A stretch of 64,000 nt of DNA from Patescibacteria group bacterium (GCA_043818355.1 JBDRFX010000021.1:3228-67227), one strand, 5' to 3'. Positions 9,424-19,947 are shown, counted from the first letter of the stretch. Program-made: numbers and translations. Notes: a model not told the origin generated them from the sequence alone.

Positions 9424-10677
9424 TTATTCTAACGAATTATATGCCTCTTTGGCAACTTTTCTATCGTCCCAAGAGATTTGTTCTCCATGAGCCAAGCAAA
9501 TAGACGGCTCACATCCTTTTCCTGTAATTATAACCACGTCATCCTTTTGAGCCATAGTAATGGCTTTTTCAATTGCCTCTTTTCTATCAATAATTTTTAT
9601 TGCTCTTCCCTTCGCCCCTTCAGCAACTTGATTAATAATCTCTAAAGGATCTTCGTCATACGGATCTTCATTAGTAACAATAATTTTATCACAATATTTT
9701 TCAGCCAATCCTCCAAGAACGGGTCTTTTCCATTTATCTCTCCCTCCTCCACAGGAGCCCAAAACGCATATCATATTCTTTGGCTGAAAATTATTCTTAA
9801 TAGTTGAATAGACTTTATTCAAAGCATTAGGAGTAAAAGCATAGTCAACAATAACTCTAAATGGTTCTGAAACTACCTCCTCCATTCTACCTGGTACTCC
9901 CTTAGCTTTGTCTAGAACTGTTTGACAAACTGACAAATCAATATTCTCAGACAAAGCTACGGAAATTGCAGCCAAAGCATTATATACATTAAACCTGCCT
10001 AAAACTTTTAAGTTAAAGTTTAATCCATTGACTCTAAATTTTGTTCCTTTTGTGGTGACATGTATATCTGTTGCTTTAATGAATCTATGAGAAGTTGTAT
10101 TCTCGTTTAGCCCATAAACTATTTTGTCTTGAGCCGAAAATTGCAAAAAGAAATCTTTATACTCGTCGTCGATATTAATAATATGAAATTTTTTTGTAAT
10201 ATTAAATAATTTTCCCTTAGCATTTTTATAATTCTCAAACCCTCCATGAGATTCAATATGTTCTGGAGTTAAATTAGTTAAAACAGCTACATTAAAATCA
10301 ATGAACTCATGGCGATGCTGTTTAATCCCTTCTGAGGTAACCTCCAAAATCACATAATCGCATTTTTCGTCTACTGCTTTTTTTAAAAACTTTTGAATTA
10401 AAAACCCTCCTGGCATTGTCATTCTTAAGTTATTCAATTCTTCTTTATCACCAATTTCAAATGATACGGACGAAGAAGTCGCAACTTTAAATCCAGCTTC
10501 TTTAAATATTTTAGCTATGAAATTGACAACAGTAGATTTTCCATTAGTCCCTGTCACGCCTATTATCTTGATTTTTTTACCAGGAAAACCAAACATCATA
10601 GCTCCGAGAAAACTAGAGAGCATGTGATATCTATCTATTAAGGTCTTTGGTAAAATCTTTTTAATTGCTTTTTTCAC
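9424..10677 (-). CDS. Mur ligase-family protein (MurE/MurT-like, short form)
   Basis: 417 aa. P-loop GVTGTNGKSTV, TPEH and DYAFTP motifs of the Mur ligase central domain. N-terminal domain reduced. Confidence 0.6.
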   Translation of the reverse strand: MKKAIKKILPKTLIDRYHMLSSFLGAMMFGFPGKKIKIIGVTGTNGKSTVVNFIAKIFKEAGFKVATSSSVSFEIGDKEELNNLRMTMPGGFLIQKFLKKAVDEKCDYVILEVTSEGIKQHRHEFIDFNVAVLTNLTPEHIESHGGFENYKNAKGKLFNITKKFHIINIDDEYKDFFLQFSAQDKIVYGLNENTTSHRFIKATDIHVTTKGTKFRVNGLNFNLKVLGRFNVYNALAAISVALSENIDLSVCQTVLDKAKGVPGRMEEVVSEPFRVIVDYAFTPNALNKVYSTIKNNFQPKNMICVLGSCGGGRDKWKRPVLGGLAEKYCDKIIVTNEDPYDEDPLEIINQVAEGAKGRAIKIIDRKEAIEKAITMAQKDDVVIITGKGCEPSICLAHGEQISWDDRKVAKEAYNSLE

Positions 10678-10808
10678 CCTTTTTGTTTAATTTTTTAATT
10701 TCTTGCTTCAATTCTATCATTTTTAACTCTCTGCCATATTTCAATTATAACTTCCTTTATTCAAAAAAACCATTTATTAATATATAATACATTACAAAAT
10801 TAATATCC

Positions 10809-12737
10809 ATGTTTAAGCTTCATAAATCATTTCAGCCAACTGGGGATCAACCCGAGGCAATAAAAAAGTTAACTAAAAACCTAAAGAATAATATTCCATA
10901 TCAGGTGCTTTTGGGAGTAACTGGATCTGGAAAAACCTTTACAATGGCCAATGTAATAGAGCAAACTCAAAAACCAACCCTAGTTATTTCTCACAATAAA
11001 ACCTTGGCAGCTCAACTTTATCAAGAATTTAAGGAATTTTTCCCAAATAATGCCGTTCATTACTTTGTTTCATATTATGATTATTATCAACCAGAGGTAT
11101 ATATGCCAGCCAAAGATATATACATTGAAAAAGAAGCGGACGTTAACCAAGAAATAGATCGCTTAAGACATGCTGCTGTCCAGGATTTATTATCTAGAAA
11201 AGATGTTATTGTGGTGGCTTCTGTTTCCTGTATTTATAACATTGGTTCTCCAGAGAACTATCAAAGCATAAGTCTAGATATATCTAAAGATCAGAATTTA
11301 TCCAGAAAAGAATTTATCTTTCAATTAATTTCTCTGCAATATAAAAGAGATGACTTTGATTTTGAGCCAGGAAACTTTAGGGTTAGGGGTAACATTATTG
11401 AAATATTTTTAGTCACAGGTGAAAAAATTATTAAGGTTGAGTTTGATAAGAAAAAAATAGAAAAAATATCTGAAAGTGATAGTAGGGATATTTTTAATTT
11501 GAAATTTAAGAATCAAGAATCAATTAAAATATTTCCTGCCAAGTTTTGGATGGGACCAGAAGAAAAACTTAATATTGCTATTGGGAACATCAGGCTAGAA
11601 ATGCAAAAACATGTTGAGACATTTAAAAGAGAAAATAAGCTTTTAGAAGCACAAAGAATAGAACAAAGAACAAATCATGACTTGGAGTTTCTAAGAGAAA
11701 CTGGATTCTGCAATGGAATTGAAAACTATTCCAGGCATCTTGAATTTAGAGATCCCAAAAGTTCTCCTTTTGTTTTGCTAGACTATTTTCCTAAAGGTTT
11801 TCTGACGATTATAGATGAATCTCATATGACTATCCCTCAACTTAAAGCAATGTCAGCGCAAGATAAAGCTAGAAAAGATACTCTAATAGAATATGGATTT
11901 AGGCTTCCCTCAGCCATAGACAATAGGCCATTAAGATATGAGGAATTTGAAGAAAAAACTAACCAAATCATATATTCCTCTGCTACTCCATCTGTTTTTG
12001 AAAAAGAAAAAGCTGGCAAGAATATTGTTGAACAATTAATCAGGCCAACTGGACTATTAGAACCATCAATTGAAATAAGGCCCACCGATAATCAGGTGGA
12101 AGATTTGATAGAAGAAATTAAAAAAAGAAAAGAAAAAGGGCAAAGAGTTTTAGCCATAACTTTAACTAAAAAACTATCTGAGGCTTTAGCTGATTATTTG
12201 TTAAGACAAGATATTAAAACTCAATGGCTTCATTCTGAGATTAAAACACTAGATAGACCTAAAATATTGCGGGATTTAAGATTGGGAGAATATGATGTCT
12301 TAGTTGGCATCAATCTCCTAAGAGAAGGCTTGGATTTGCCAGAAGTAAGCTTAATTGCTATCCTAGACGCCGATAAAGAGGGATTCTTAAGATCAGAAAC
12401 TACTCTCATACAAACTATGGGAAGAGCTGCTAGACATATTGATGGACATGTTATTCTCTATGCTAATAAGATGACGGGATCCATGGAAAGAGCAATTAAA
12501 GAGACTGAAAGGAGAAAAAAAATACAAATAGCATACAACAAAAAAAACAATATTGTTCCTTCTGCCATAAAAAGCAAGATCAAGGAATGGAACTTAGCAA
12601 ATGCTCCGAAAGAAGTTGATTTATTTGGAATTTCTAGAGATATTAAAAACTTAGAAAAAGAAATTAAGAAGTCGGTTAAAAATCTTGAATTTGAAAAAGC
12701 CGCTAAAATAAGGGACATGATTAAAAAAATAAAGTAA
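10809..12737 (+). CDS. uvrB: Excinuclease ABC subunit B
   Basis: 642 aa. N-terminal FxLxSxFxPxGDQPxAI, helicase motifs GVTGSGKT and DESH, C-terminal UvrB/UvrC interaction helix. Confidence 0.95.
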   Translation: MFKLHKSFQPTGDQPEAIKKLTKNLKNNIPYQVLLGVTGSGKTFTMANVIEQTQKPTLVISHNKTLAAQLYQEFKEFFPNNAVHYFVSYYDYYQPEVYMPAKDIYIEKEADVNQEIDRLRHAAVQDLLSRKDVIVVASVSCIYNIGSPENYQSISLDISKDQNLSRKEFIFQLISLQYKRDDFDFEPGNFRVRGNIIEIFLVTGEKIIKVEFDKKKIEKISESDSRDIFNLKFKNQESIKIFPAKFWMGPEEKLNIAIGNIRLEMQKHVETFKRENKLLEAQRIEQRTNHDLEFLRETGFCNGIENYSRHLEFRDPKSSPFVLLDYFPKGFLTIIDESHMTIPQLKAMSAQDKARKDTLIEYGFRLPSAIDNRPLRYEEFEEKTNQIIYSSATPSVFEKEKAGKNIVEQLIRPTGLLEPSIEIRPTDNQVEDLIEEIKKRKEKGQRVLAITLTKKLSEALADYLLRQDIKTQWLHSEIKTLDRPKILRDLRLGEYDVLVGINLLREGLDLPEVSLIAILDADKEGFLRSETTLIQTMGRAARHIDGHVILYANKMTGSMERAIKETERRKKIQIAYNKKNNIVPSAIKSKIKEWNLANAPKEVDLFGISRDIKNLEKEIKKSVKNLEFEKAAKIRDMIKKIK

Positions 12738-12821
12738 CCAAAATTAAACTTAATTAATTAGGTACTAAACTTGATAAATTAATTAAATTGATATAATATA
12801 TTTTCATATCTTAAAAATACT

Positions 12822-13082
12822 ATGCCAATTAAAGAATCAGCCAAAAAAGCTCTAAGGCAGTCTGAAAAAAGACGCTTAAGGAATATTCATAAAAATAGAA
12901 AGCTTAAAAAGAACCTTAAGGAATTAGGGAAATTTATTGATGAGAAAAAAATTAAAGAAGCTAAAGAGCTTCTTCCCAAAACATACAAATTAATAGATAA
13001 AGCAGCAAAAACTGGATTAATGAAAGAAAACGCTGCGTCTAGAAAGAAATCTAGATTGACTAAGGCAATCAACAAAGTATAA
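12822..13082 (+). CDS. rpsT: 30S ribosomal protein S20
   Basis: 86-aa basic protein, MPIKESAKKALRQSEKRRLRN... Confidence 0.9.
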   Translation: MPIKESAKKALRQSEKRRLRNIHKNRKLKKNLKELGKFIDEKKIKEAKELLPKTYKLIDKAAKTGLMKENAASRKKSRLTKAINKV

Positions 13083-13094
13083 AAGAGCTTAAAA

Positions 13095-14039
13095 CTAGTT
13101 TTGCATTATGAAAAGCTCTAAAGCTTCCTCTCCGTCTAAATTACCTACTTTAATATTTAAATCTATCTCAAAAATTTTGAGGTAGATTTTTTTTAATTCA
13201 GAAAAAGAAAATTGTTGAGCTAGAGGATAAGTTTTCTTAACAACGAATGGATGAAGCCCAGCTTCTTTGGCAATAGAATAATATTCTTTATTTTTCTCAA
13301 TAGCCTCTCTAATAATTAGAAGATTCTTAAACTGAAAGGCAATCATAGAAAGAAGATAAAGAGGAGAGTCTCCTTTCTCAATATGATTCTTAATGAGCCT
13401 TAAGGCTCTTTTTTTATCTTTTTTAGCAATACATTCTATGGTTTTAAAAACATCAACACTGGCTTTAAATTTCATTAACAATTCTACATCCTCAACGGTG
13501 ACCATAGCTTCCTCATCTGATTTTTTATAATTCACTATTTTTTGAATTTCATTATAAAAATACCATAAATCTGATCCAATGTTTTCAATCATTAATTTCA
13601 AGGCTTGAGGCTGAATTTTAAACCCATATTTTAAAAACTCCTTATTAACCCATGCTTCTAAAGGCTTTCTCTCTAAATTTTTAAACTCTTGAAAAGTAGC
13701 AAGTTTTTTTAATTTTTGAAATAATTTGTCAGTAGATAATATTTTTTCTCTTTCTGTGATAACAATGACATCTTCTCTTTCTATAAAATTCTTGATGCTT
13801 TTAACAAATCCTTCTTTAAAATCAGGATTTGAAAAAATATCGCTTAAAATTAATAGCTTTTTCTCTTTAAACATCGAGGTTTGCTGAAATTCATCCCTAA
13901 AGTCTTGAAAGGTAAAGTTATTGCCTTCTAAAAATCTCAAATTAAGCCCACTCTTATGGATTAATTTATATCTATCAACAATCTCCCTTAACTTGCTACT
14001 CAATAAGTATGTTTCTGGTCCGTATAAAAAGATTATCAT
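13095..14039 (-). CDS. holA: DNA polymerase III delta subunit
   Basis: 314 aa. Starts MIIFLYGPETYLL, with a length and helical C-terminus typical of HolA. Confidence 0.7.
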   Translation of the reverse strand: MIIFLYGPETYLLSSKLREIVDRYKLIHKSGLNLRFLEGNNFTFQDFRDEFQQTSMFKEKKLLILSDIFSNPDFKEGFVKSIKNFIEREDVIVITEREKILSTDKLFQKLKKLATFQEFKNLERKPLEAWVNKEFLKYGFKIQPQALKLMIENIGSDLWYFYNEIQKIVNYKKSDEEAMVTVEDVELLMKFKASVDVFKTIECIAKKDKKRALRLIKNHIEKGDSPLYLLSMIAFQFKNLLIIREAIEKNKEYYSIAKEAGLHPFVVKKTYPLAQQFSFSELKKIYLKIFEIDLNIKVGNLDGEEALELFIMQN

Positions 14040-14101
14040 AATACAAATAAGGAACTTACTAAAAGCTCCTTTTAAACAAATTTTATTTATTTAAGATAAA
14101 A

Positions 14102-14494
14102 TTATTTTAAATTTGCTTTTACCTTTTCAATAATTTCTACTGGAGTGAAGTGAGCTTTAATAAGATAATCTTTGGCTCCTAATTCTATCCCCCTTTCTAC
14201 ATCTTCTCTTTGTCCTAAATTAGACAAAATAATCACAGGAATAGATTTCACCGTAGGATCTGCTTTCATCTGAGATAAAACCTCAAAACCATCTATTCCT
14301 GGAAGAATAAGATCCAAAAGAACTAAATCTGGTTTTTCTTCTTTGATTTTTTTGATCCCATCTTCTCCATCAACAGCGCCAACCACATCAAAACCTTCAT
14401 TAGAAATTTTCTGAGTTATTAGTTCTCTTAAAAACTTATCGTCCTCTACTACTAAAATTTTTTGGGGCATTTTATTATTTAATGTGTTTAACAA
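14102..14494 (-). CDS. Single-domain response regulator (CheY-like receiver)
   Basis: ILVVEDD...DLVLLDLILPG...K receiver motifs. Likely true start is MPQKILVV at about 14470, since the first 20 nt overlap the upstream gene. Confidence 0.85.
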   Translation of the reverse strand: MLNTLNNKMPQKILVVEDDKFLRELITQKISNEGFDVVGAVDGEDGIKKIKEEKPDLVLLDLILPGIDGFEVLSQMKADPTVKSIPVIILSNLGQREDVERGIELGAKDYLIKAHFTPVEIIEKVKANLK

Positions 14495-14843
14495 CTTTTT
14501 CTATTACTTCTTTGGGATCAAATTCTGTTTTGATTAACCAATCTTTGGCTCCCAATTCTTTTATTCTTTTAATTTCAACTGGCTGTCCAGAGTTAGATAT
14601 GATAACAATGGGAATTTTTTTCATTTCTTCATCTTCATTAATTTTTTCCATAACCTCCATCCCATCCATTCTTGGCATTACAATATCAAGTAAAATCAAA
14701 TCTGGCTTGACTGTTTTTATCATCTCCAAACCTTCAACGCCATCTCTGGCTATATGCACCTCATAACCCTCTTGAGATAATTTTCTAGAAATGAGATTAA
14801 TCATTACCTCATCATCTTCTATGCACAAAATTTTTTTAGTCAT
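14475..14843 (-). CDS. Single-domain response regulator (CheY-like receiver)
   Basis: 122 aa. ILCIEDDEV...DLILLDIVMPRMDG...K receiver motifs. Confidence 0.85.
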   Translation of the reverse strand: MTKKILCIEDDEVMINLISRKLSQEGYEVHIARDGVEGLEMIKTVKPDLILLDIVMPRMDGMEVMEKINEDEEMKKIPIVIISNSGQPVEIKRIKELGAKDWLIKTEFDPKEVIEKVVKHIK

Positions 14844-14891
14844 ATTATGAATATATTTTAACTTTTTTAAAAAAAATGGGCAAACGAAAAA

Positions 14892-16823
14892 CTACTTTTC
14901 TTTGGGCAAGACAATAGAAAAGATAGTCCCTTTGTTTTTCTCTGATTTAAAAGAAACCTTTCCTTTATGAGCATCAATAATGTTTTTAACAATAAACAAT
15001 CCTAGACCAGAACCTTCTGTGTCAATCTTCATGGCATTAGTGGCTCTAAAAAATTTTGTGAATATTCTTTTTTGTTGATCTTCTGGAATACCAATACCAC
15101 TGTCTTTTACAGAAATCTCTAATCCTTCTTTTTTATTCTTCAGAAAAACACTCACTTTCCCCCCCTTAGGAGTATATCTTATCGCGTTATCTATCAAATT
15201 CTGAATGGCCAAACCAATCTTTTCTTCGTCTACTTTAATTTTTGGTGATTTTTTCTTAGGCATATCATATTCCAACTGAATGCCTCTTTTTTCAGCATTA
15301 ACTTTTTGTGCATTAATCAAGATTTGGGTCATCTTAGCGATATCGACAGTATCTAACCTATAAACATATCTGCCCTCTTCAATTCTGCTTACGTTCAATA
15401 AATCATTTATTAATGAGATCATTCTTTCGTTAGACTGATAGGTTTTTTCAAGGAATCCTTTTTGCTCTTTGGAAACTTTGCCTAAATCTCCATCTAAAAA
15501 CATCCTAAGAGTCCATTTTATTGCTGATAAAGGTGTTCTTAATTGATGAGCAGCAATAGAAACAAATTCTGTCTTCATTTTTTCAATTCTTTTTTCTCTT
15601 GTAATGTTGTGTAAAATAACTAAATGTCCGCCTTCTTCTTTTTCTCCCAAAATATTAATTACCGAAACCTCTAAAACCAAATCTTCTCTTATGTTCAACT
15701 CTTCTCTAAAAATAGAATTCCAGCTTCTTCCTATGATTTTAGCTAATAAATTAAAACTAGATTCATTTTTTAGATCGCCGAGGGATTGGTTAATAACATT
15801 TTTAGCTTCAATATTAAATATTTTTTCGGCTTCTGCATTAATTAAAGAAAGCTCATCTTGATTATTGAAAACCATTAAGCCATCAGTAAAGTTTGTTATT
15901 ATAGCTAAAGTTTTATCTCTTTCTTTTTCTGTTTGCTCTTTAGCATTATCTGTGTCCTCCAACATATTTAATAGGGCACCTGAAGTTTTTTTCATTTCTT
16001 CTGATTCTTCAAACCGAATAGATTCTAATTCACTAGTTCTTTTTTTTATTTTACCTTCAAGGCTAGATTTTTCCCTAGCCAAGGCTTCTGTTCTATCTTT
16101 CAATTTTTCCGTCATATTATTAAAACCAATAGACAAATCTCCCATTTCATCATTTTTGTGAATACTGATTATGTGGTCTAAATTGCCTGAACCAATTATT
16201 TCAATTCCCTCTTGTAATTTTTTCACTGGACTTATAACTGCCGTCCTTATAACAATAGAAAGAACTACAACAATAAATATTGTAGTCAATAATATGCCTA
16301 CTGAAAATTGGAAAGAAATATTCTTAACATTCCTTTCCAACGTGTCCAAAGACAACGTTAAACCATATACACCAACTTTTTGCCCACTAACATGAACTGG
16401 CGTAACTACCTTAAGTAATTGAGATTCATCTTGAGCGCTTAAAATTTTTGTGAAAAGTTCACCTGTCCTATACGAAGAAACTTCTTCTAAAGAAGCTGGA
16501 AGTCCTATTTTTGTAACATTGCTTGAAGCAACAATTATTAACTCCTCATCAATCGGCAGACTAATGGTAATGTTAGTAATATTGGGATTTAACCAAATAA
16601 TTTTATGCACTTTTGTCTGTAATTTTTCAACATCTTCTAGGTCTGCCCTATTTGTTATTCCAGCGTCTAGTGTTTGTAATAAAGCAATGGCTGAATCTAA
16701 AAATAAATCTTCTGCTAAAGTTTTTTGATTACGAATACTCAAATATCCAAAACAAAAAAGAGAGAATAAAACAATAAAAACTACAGAGATAAGTAGTTTA
16801 AATTGAAGATTAAATTTAATCAT
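14892..16823 (-). CDS. Sensor histidine kinase (TM, HAMP, coiled coil, PAS-like, HisKA, HATPase)
   Basis: 643 aa. H-box SIAAHQLRTPLSAI. G boxes DSGIGIPEDQQKRIFTKFFRA and GSGLGLFIVKNI. Confidence 0.85.
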   Translation of the reverse strand: MIKFNLQFKLLISVVFIVLFSLFCFGYLSIRNQKTLAEDLFLDSAIALLQTLDAGITNRADLEDVEKLQTKVHKIIWLNPNITNITISLPIDEELIIVASSNVTKIGLPASLEEVSSYRTGELFTKILSAQDESQLLKVVTPVHVSGQKVGVYGLTLSLDTLERNVKNISFQFSVGILLTTIFIVVVLSIVIRTAVISPVKKLQEGIEIIGSGNLDHIISIHKNDEMGDLSIGFNNMTEKLKDRTEALAREKSSLEGKIKKRTSELESIRFEESEEMKKTSGALLNMLEDTDNAKEQTEKERDKTLAIITNFTDGLMVFNNQDELSLINAEAEKIFNIEAKNVINQSLGDLKNESSFNLLAKIIGRSWNSIFREELNIREDLVLEVSVINILGEKEEGGHLVILHNITREKRIEKMKTEFVSIAAHQLRTPLSAIKWTLRMFLDGDLGKVSKEQKGFLEKTYQSNERMISLINDLLNVSRIEEGRYVYRLDTVDIAKMTQILINAQKVNAEKRGIQLEYDMPKKKSPKIKVDEEKIGLAIQNLIDNAIRYTPKGGKVSVFLKNKKEGLEISVKDSGIGIPEDQQKRIFTKFFRATNAMKIDTEGSGLGLFIVKNIIDAHKGKVSFKSEKNKGTIFSIVLPKEK

Positions 16824-16826
16824 TTG

Positions 16827-17612
16827 TTATTGATTTAGCCATTTTTGTTCTAACTCTTTTAGGTCTCCATCTTGCTTGAGACGCCTTATGGTTTTATTAA
16901 TTTGAGAAAGCAATTCTTTTTGATCTTTCTGAACGACTATTCCGTAGAACTCTTGAGTAAATGGATCGCCCACTATTTTAATGTCCGTTTCTCCTTTAAC
17001 TAACCCAAAAGCTCCGGGATAATCTGCTATAATAATATCTATCTCTCCTTCCATCAGATCGTCTTTGGCTAAATAATAATCAACATAATTTTTTATCAAA
17101 GACGCATCTTCAACATATTTAATAGCTTCTTGCTCGCTCGTAGTACCCTCTTGAATTCCTACTTTATGTTCAGCAATATCATTAATATCTTGAATTTTTC
17201 CGCTATCTCTAGATCTAATAATCAAAACTTGACCAGCATTAAAATAGGGGTCAGAGAAACTCATTGTTTGAGCTCTTTCTTGTGTAATAGTCACAGAAGA
17301 TATCATAACATCAACATCTCCGTTCCTAACAACATCAAAAATTATTTCCCATGGAACGTTTTGAAATATTGGCTCTACTCCAAGATCTTTGGCAACTTCC
17401 TTCATAATATCTATATCTAAACCATAAAAACTACCATCTTCATCTATGGCTTCCATGGGCGGATAAGTTGCATCCGTTCCTATAATAAGCTCTCCCTCCT
17501 GTTTAATTTTTTTTAACAAAGGATCTTCTACTTTATTGGGGGGTAAATTTAAAAAAAACAAAATTATTGTGCAAATGATTATAAAAATTATGAAAATATT
17601 TTTTTTCGTCAT
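16827..17612 (-). CDS. Periplasmic solute-binding protein (SBP_bac_3 amino-acid-binding family), probably the sensing partner of the kinase
   Basis: 261 aa. Signal/TM, then GTDATYPPMEAIDEDGSFYGLDIDIMKEVAKDLGV. Confidence 0.7.
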   Translation of the reverse strand: MTKKNIFIIFIIICTIILFFLNLPPNKVEDPLLKKIKQEGELIIGTDATYPPMEAIDEDGSFYGLDIDIMKEVAKDLGVEPIFQNVPWEIIFDVVRNGDVDVMISSVTITQERAQTMSFSDPYFNAGQVLIIRSRDSGKIQDINDIAEHKVGIQEGTTSEQEAIKYVEDASLIKNYVDYYLAKDDLMEGEIDIIIADYPGAFGLVKGETDIKIVGDPFTQEFYGIVVQKDQKELLSQINKTIRRLKQDGDLKELEQKWLNQ

Positions 17613-17663
17613 ATTCTATTTTATTTTATCTATTGTCATATTAACATAATCTTAAATTTTTTT

Positions 17664-18515
17664 TCATTTTGCTTTCTTCAACTGATTATTTAACTTTTTA
17701 ATTTCTTCTTTTAGTTCTATCATCTTAAGCTCTCTGCCGACAGTTAACTCGTGAAACCTTTCTAATTCATTTATTCTTTCTTGAAGCTCATTTGTTCTTT
17801 GTACAACTTTTTGGTCTAAGCTCTGAGTCAACTCTTCTAGTTCTTTGGTTCTTGCCTTAATTCTAATTTCTAAAGCAGATTGCAATTCTTCTAATTCTAA
17901 TTTTGTTTTTTCTAGGGCCAATGTTCTTTTTCTTAGAAAATCAGTAAGAATATTCACCGCTAATCCTATTGCATAAAAAGTAAAAATCATAAAAGAAACT
18001 GTTGTCAAAACATATGCAGAGTCATTATGAAAATTAACTCCTAGAGTAAAAAACTTTCTAAAAGGTATAATGTTAAAATATTCTAAAAACAATAAAAGAA
18101 CATAGTTAAGTCCTGTTATGGTGGTAATAAGAAATCCCTTTACTCTGGAAAAAATAATATTTCCATAAACAACTGGGAATAAGTAAAAAACCGGACCCAA
18201 CCACTCTACTCCTCCAATATTATAAACTAACCAATCTAATAGCAAAATGTTCTCGACCATAACAATAAAGTACACATTCTCAATACCGGAAATAGTTTTA
18301 GCTCTGTCAACATAGAAATTCAAAAGAACTATAGTAATTAGCCAAATAATAAGAGCTGCAATCATTTCTGTTAGATATTGAGTTATGGGCATTAAATTAA
18401 AAATCTTGACGATTAAAAGAATCGTCAAGCTAATCATTATGCTAACTGCTGAAAGCCGAATAGCTGACTTTACTCTTAAAAAAACATCTTCGAATTCTAA
18501 TTCTCTATCTTCCAT
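17664..18515 (-). CDS. Polytopic membrane protein with C-terminal signalling-type coiled coil and no output domain
   Basis: 283 aa. About 6 TM helices, then ELEELQSALEIRIKARTKELEELTQSL...LTVGRELKMIELKEEIKKL, the S-helix-like segment normally preceding kinase/PAS modules. Confidence 0.45.
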   Translation of the reverse strand: MEDRELEFEDVFLRVKSAIRLSAVSIMISLTILLIVKIFNLMPITQYLTEMIAALIIWLITIVLLNFYVDRAKTISGIENVYFIVMVENILLLDWLVYNIGGVEWLGPVFYLFPVVYGNIIFSRVKGFLITTITGLNYVLLLFLEYFNIIPFRKFFTLGVNFHNDSAYVLTTVSFMIFTFYAIGLAVNILTDFLRKRTLALEKTKLELEELQSALEIRIKARTKELEELTQSLDQKVVQRTNELQERINELERFHELTVGRELKMIELKEEIKKLNNQLKKAK

Positions 18516-18532
18516 TTTTTTTAATTTTTATA

Positions 18533-19501
18533 TTAAAACATTTTTAAATTCTTCCGAACTGGTTGATTTTTTTTATTTTCTTCTGAACAAAGTTCTTTTA
18601 CTTTTAATCTTAACAATCTTTTTATCAAACCATGGAAGCCAAGCTCTGATAAAAAGCTTATCACTTCTGATTCTTTGTAGTTCCCCCACTGACTTTTCTT
18701 TAACTGAAAATCGATGGGAACATCTTTATTAATAGTAGCTAAATATTTACTTAAAAAAGCCTGCTCTTTATATTGAATCAGGAGATTTCTAAGTCCTGGT
18801 TTTAATTCTTTAGACTTTGCAGAATTTTCTTCAATTTCTTTATAGATTTTTTCTAAAGTAAAAAACTTATTTAAAAGCATAGTGGCTGTTTTCTCTCCTA
18901 TGCCAGTCACTCCTGGAATATTGTCTGAAGGATCTCCCCTCAATGCCTTATAGTCAAGAATTTGCTCAGGAGTAATACCGTGTTTTTTAATTACTTCTTC
19001 CTCGTCATATAAAATAGCATTTTTAATTCCTCGAGCTAAAAGAAATACTTTTGTTTTTTTATCAACAAGTTGTAGAGCGTCTTTATCTCCAGTCATAATA
19101 ATGCTTTCTAGGGCTGGGACAACCTGTTTTCTTGGGGCTATTTTTGCAATTGTGCCAATTATGTCATCTGCCTCAAATCCCTGTTTTCCGAAAATTGGAA
19201 CATTTAAAGATTCTAAAATATCTTTGATAATTGGAATCTGATCATAGAGTGACTGAGGGGCTTTGGGTCTTTTGGCTTTATACTGTTTAAACTTTTTATG
19301 ACGAAATGTCGGTCCTGGCAAATCAAAACAAGTTACCACAAAATCTGGCTGGAAATCTTTTATTGCCCTAAAAAAGGCCAAGAAAAAACCATAAACTGCT
19401 CCTATTGGCTGTCCCTTTTTATTGGTTAATGGAGGTAAAGCATGAAAAGCTCTATGCACGATTGAATTACTGTCTATAATAATTAATTTTTTATTATCCA
19501 T
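18533..19501 (-). CDS. Stand-alone 5'-3' exonuclease (Pol I N-terminal / FEN-like)
   Basis: 322 aa. LIIIDSNSIVHRAFHALPPLTNKKGQPIGAVYGF and downstream acidic metal ligands. No polymerase domain. Confidence 0.85.
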   Translation of the reverse strand: MDNKKLIIIDSNSIVHRAFHALPPLTNKKGQPIGAVYGFFLAFFRAIKDFQPDFVVTCFDLPGPTFRHKKFKQYKAKRPKAPQSLYDQIPIIKDILESLNVPIFGKQGFEADDIIGTIAKIAPRKQVVPALESIIMTGDKDALQLVDKKTKVFLLARGIKNAILYDEEEVIKKHGITPEQILDYKALRGDPSDNIPGVTGIGEKTATMLLNKFFTLEKIYKEIEENSAKSKELKPGLRNLLIQYKEQAFLSKYLATINKDVPIDFQLKKSQWGNYKESEVISFLSELGFHGLIKRLLRLKVKELCSEENKKNQPVRKNLKMF

Positions 19502-19947
19502 TATTCTAAAATAATTTTTCTTTTCGATTCATTGATAAATTTAAAATTAATCCAAACTGTCGTTTTGGGTAAAATTTTTCTTATTTTGTCTGCCCATTCT
19601 ATAATAACAATATTCCTTGGATTGTTTATTATATTTTTAAAATCAAGATCTAGCAATTCTTTAGAAGATCTTAGTCTATAAGCATCAATATGATAAAAAT
19701 TAAAAAAATTACTATTTTTTAACTTAAAATTCCTTATAATAATGAATGTTGGGCTCAAAATTTTCTCTTTGATTCCTAGTCCGCTAGCAAATCCCTGAAC
19801 AAATGTTGTCTTACCTCCTCCAAGCTCTCCCCTTAAGCCAAAAACAATAGCTCCCTCTTTCGGAGTACTTTGGGATATCTCTAACCCCAAGCCTTTACCA
19901 ATCATTTTTGTTTGACTAGATGTCTGTGTTTCTTCGTTAAGCCTCAT
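19501..19947 (-). CDS. tsaE: tRNA t6A biosynthesis ATPase TsaE (YjeE)
   Basis: 148 aa. P-loop GELGGGKTTFVQGFASGLGI. Confidence 0.8.
   Translation of the reverse strand: MRLNEETQTSSQTKMIGKGLGLEISQSTPKEGAIVFGLRGELGGGKTTFVQGFASGLGIKEKILSPTFIIIRNFKLKNSNFFNFYHIDAYRLRSSKELLDLDFKNIINNPRNIVIIEWADKIRKILPKTTVWINFKFINESKRKIILE

Noticed and set aside
11837-12718. Antisense ORFs inside uvrB (11837-12085, 12458-12718), and similar antisense or overlapping ORFs at 3225-3431, 6907-7319, 8804-9010, 12887-13075, 14482-14766, 15604-16728, 17130-17420, 18385-18732, 21780-22147, 26194-26415, 32518-32730, 33869-34345, 37680-37886, 38736-39041, 40688-41590, 43987-44229, 44389-44721, 45909-46385, 48045-48308, 49762-49947, 50274-50629, 51071-51343, 54153-54371, 54822-55736, 56302-56511, 56816-57004, 58367-58570, 60204-60440, 62211-62474, 63062-63265
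   Set aside because: Each lies entirely within a well-supported gene, on the opposite strand or in another frame. Each has low-complexity or hydrophobic composition typical of AT-rich antisense frames, and none has an independent signal.
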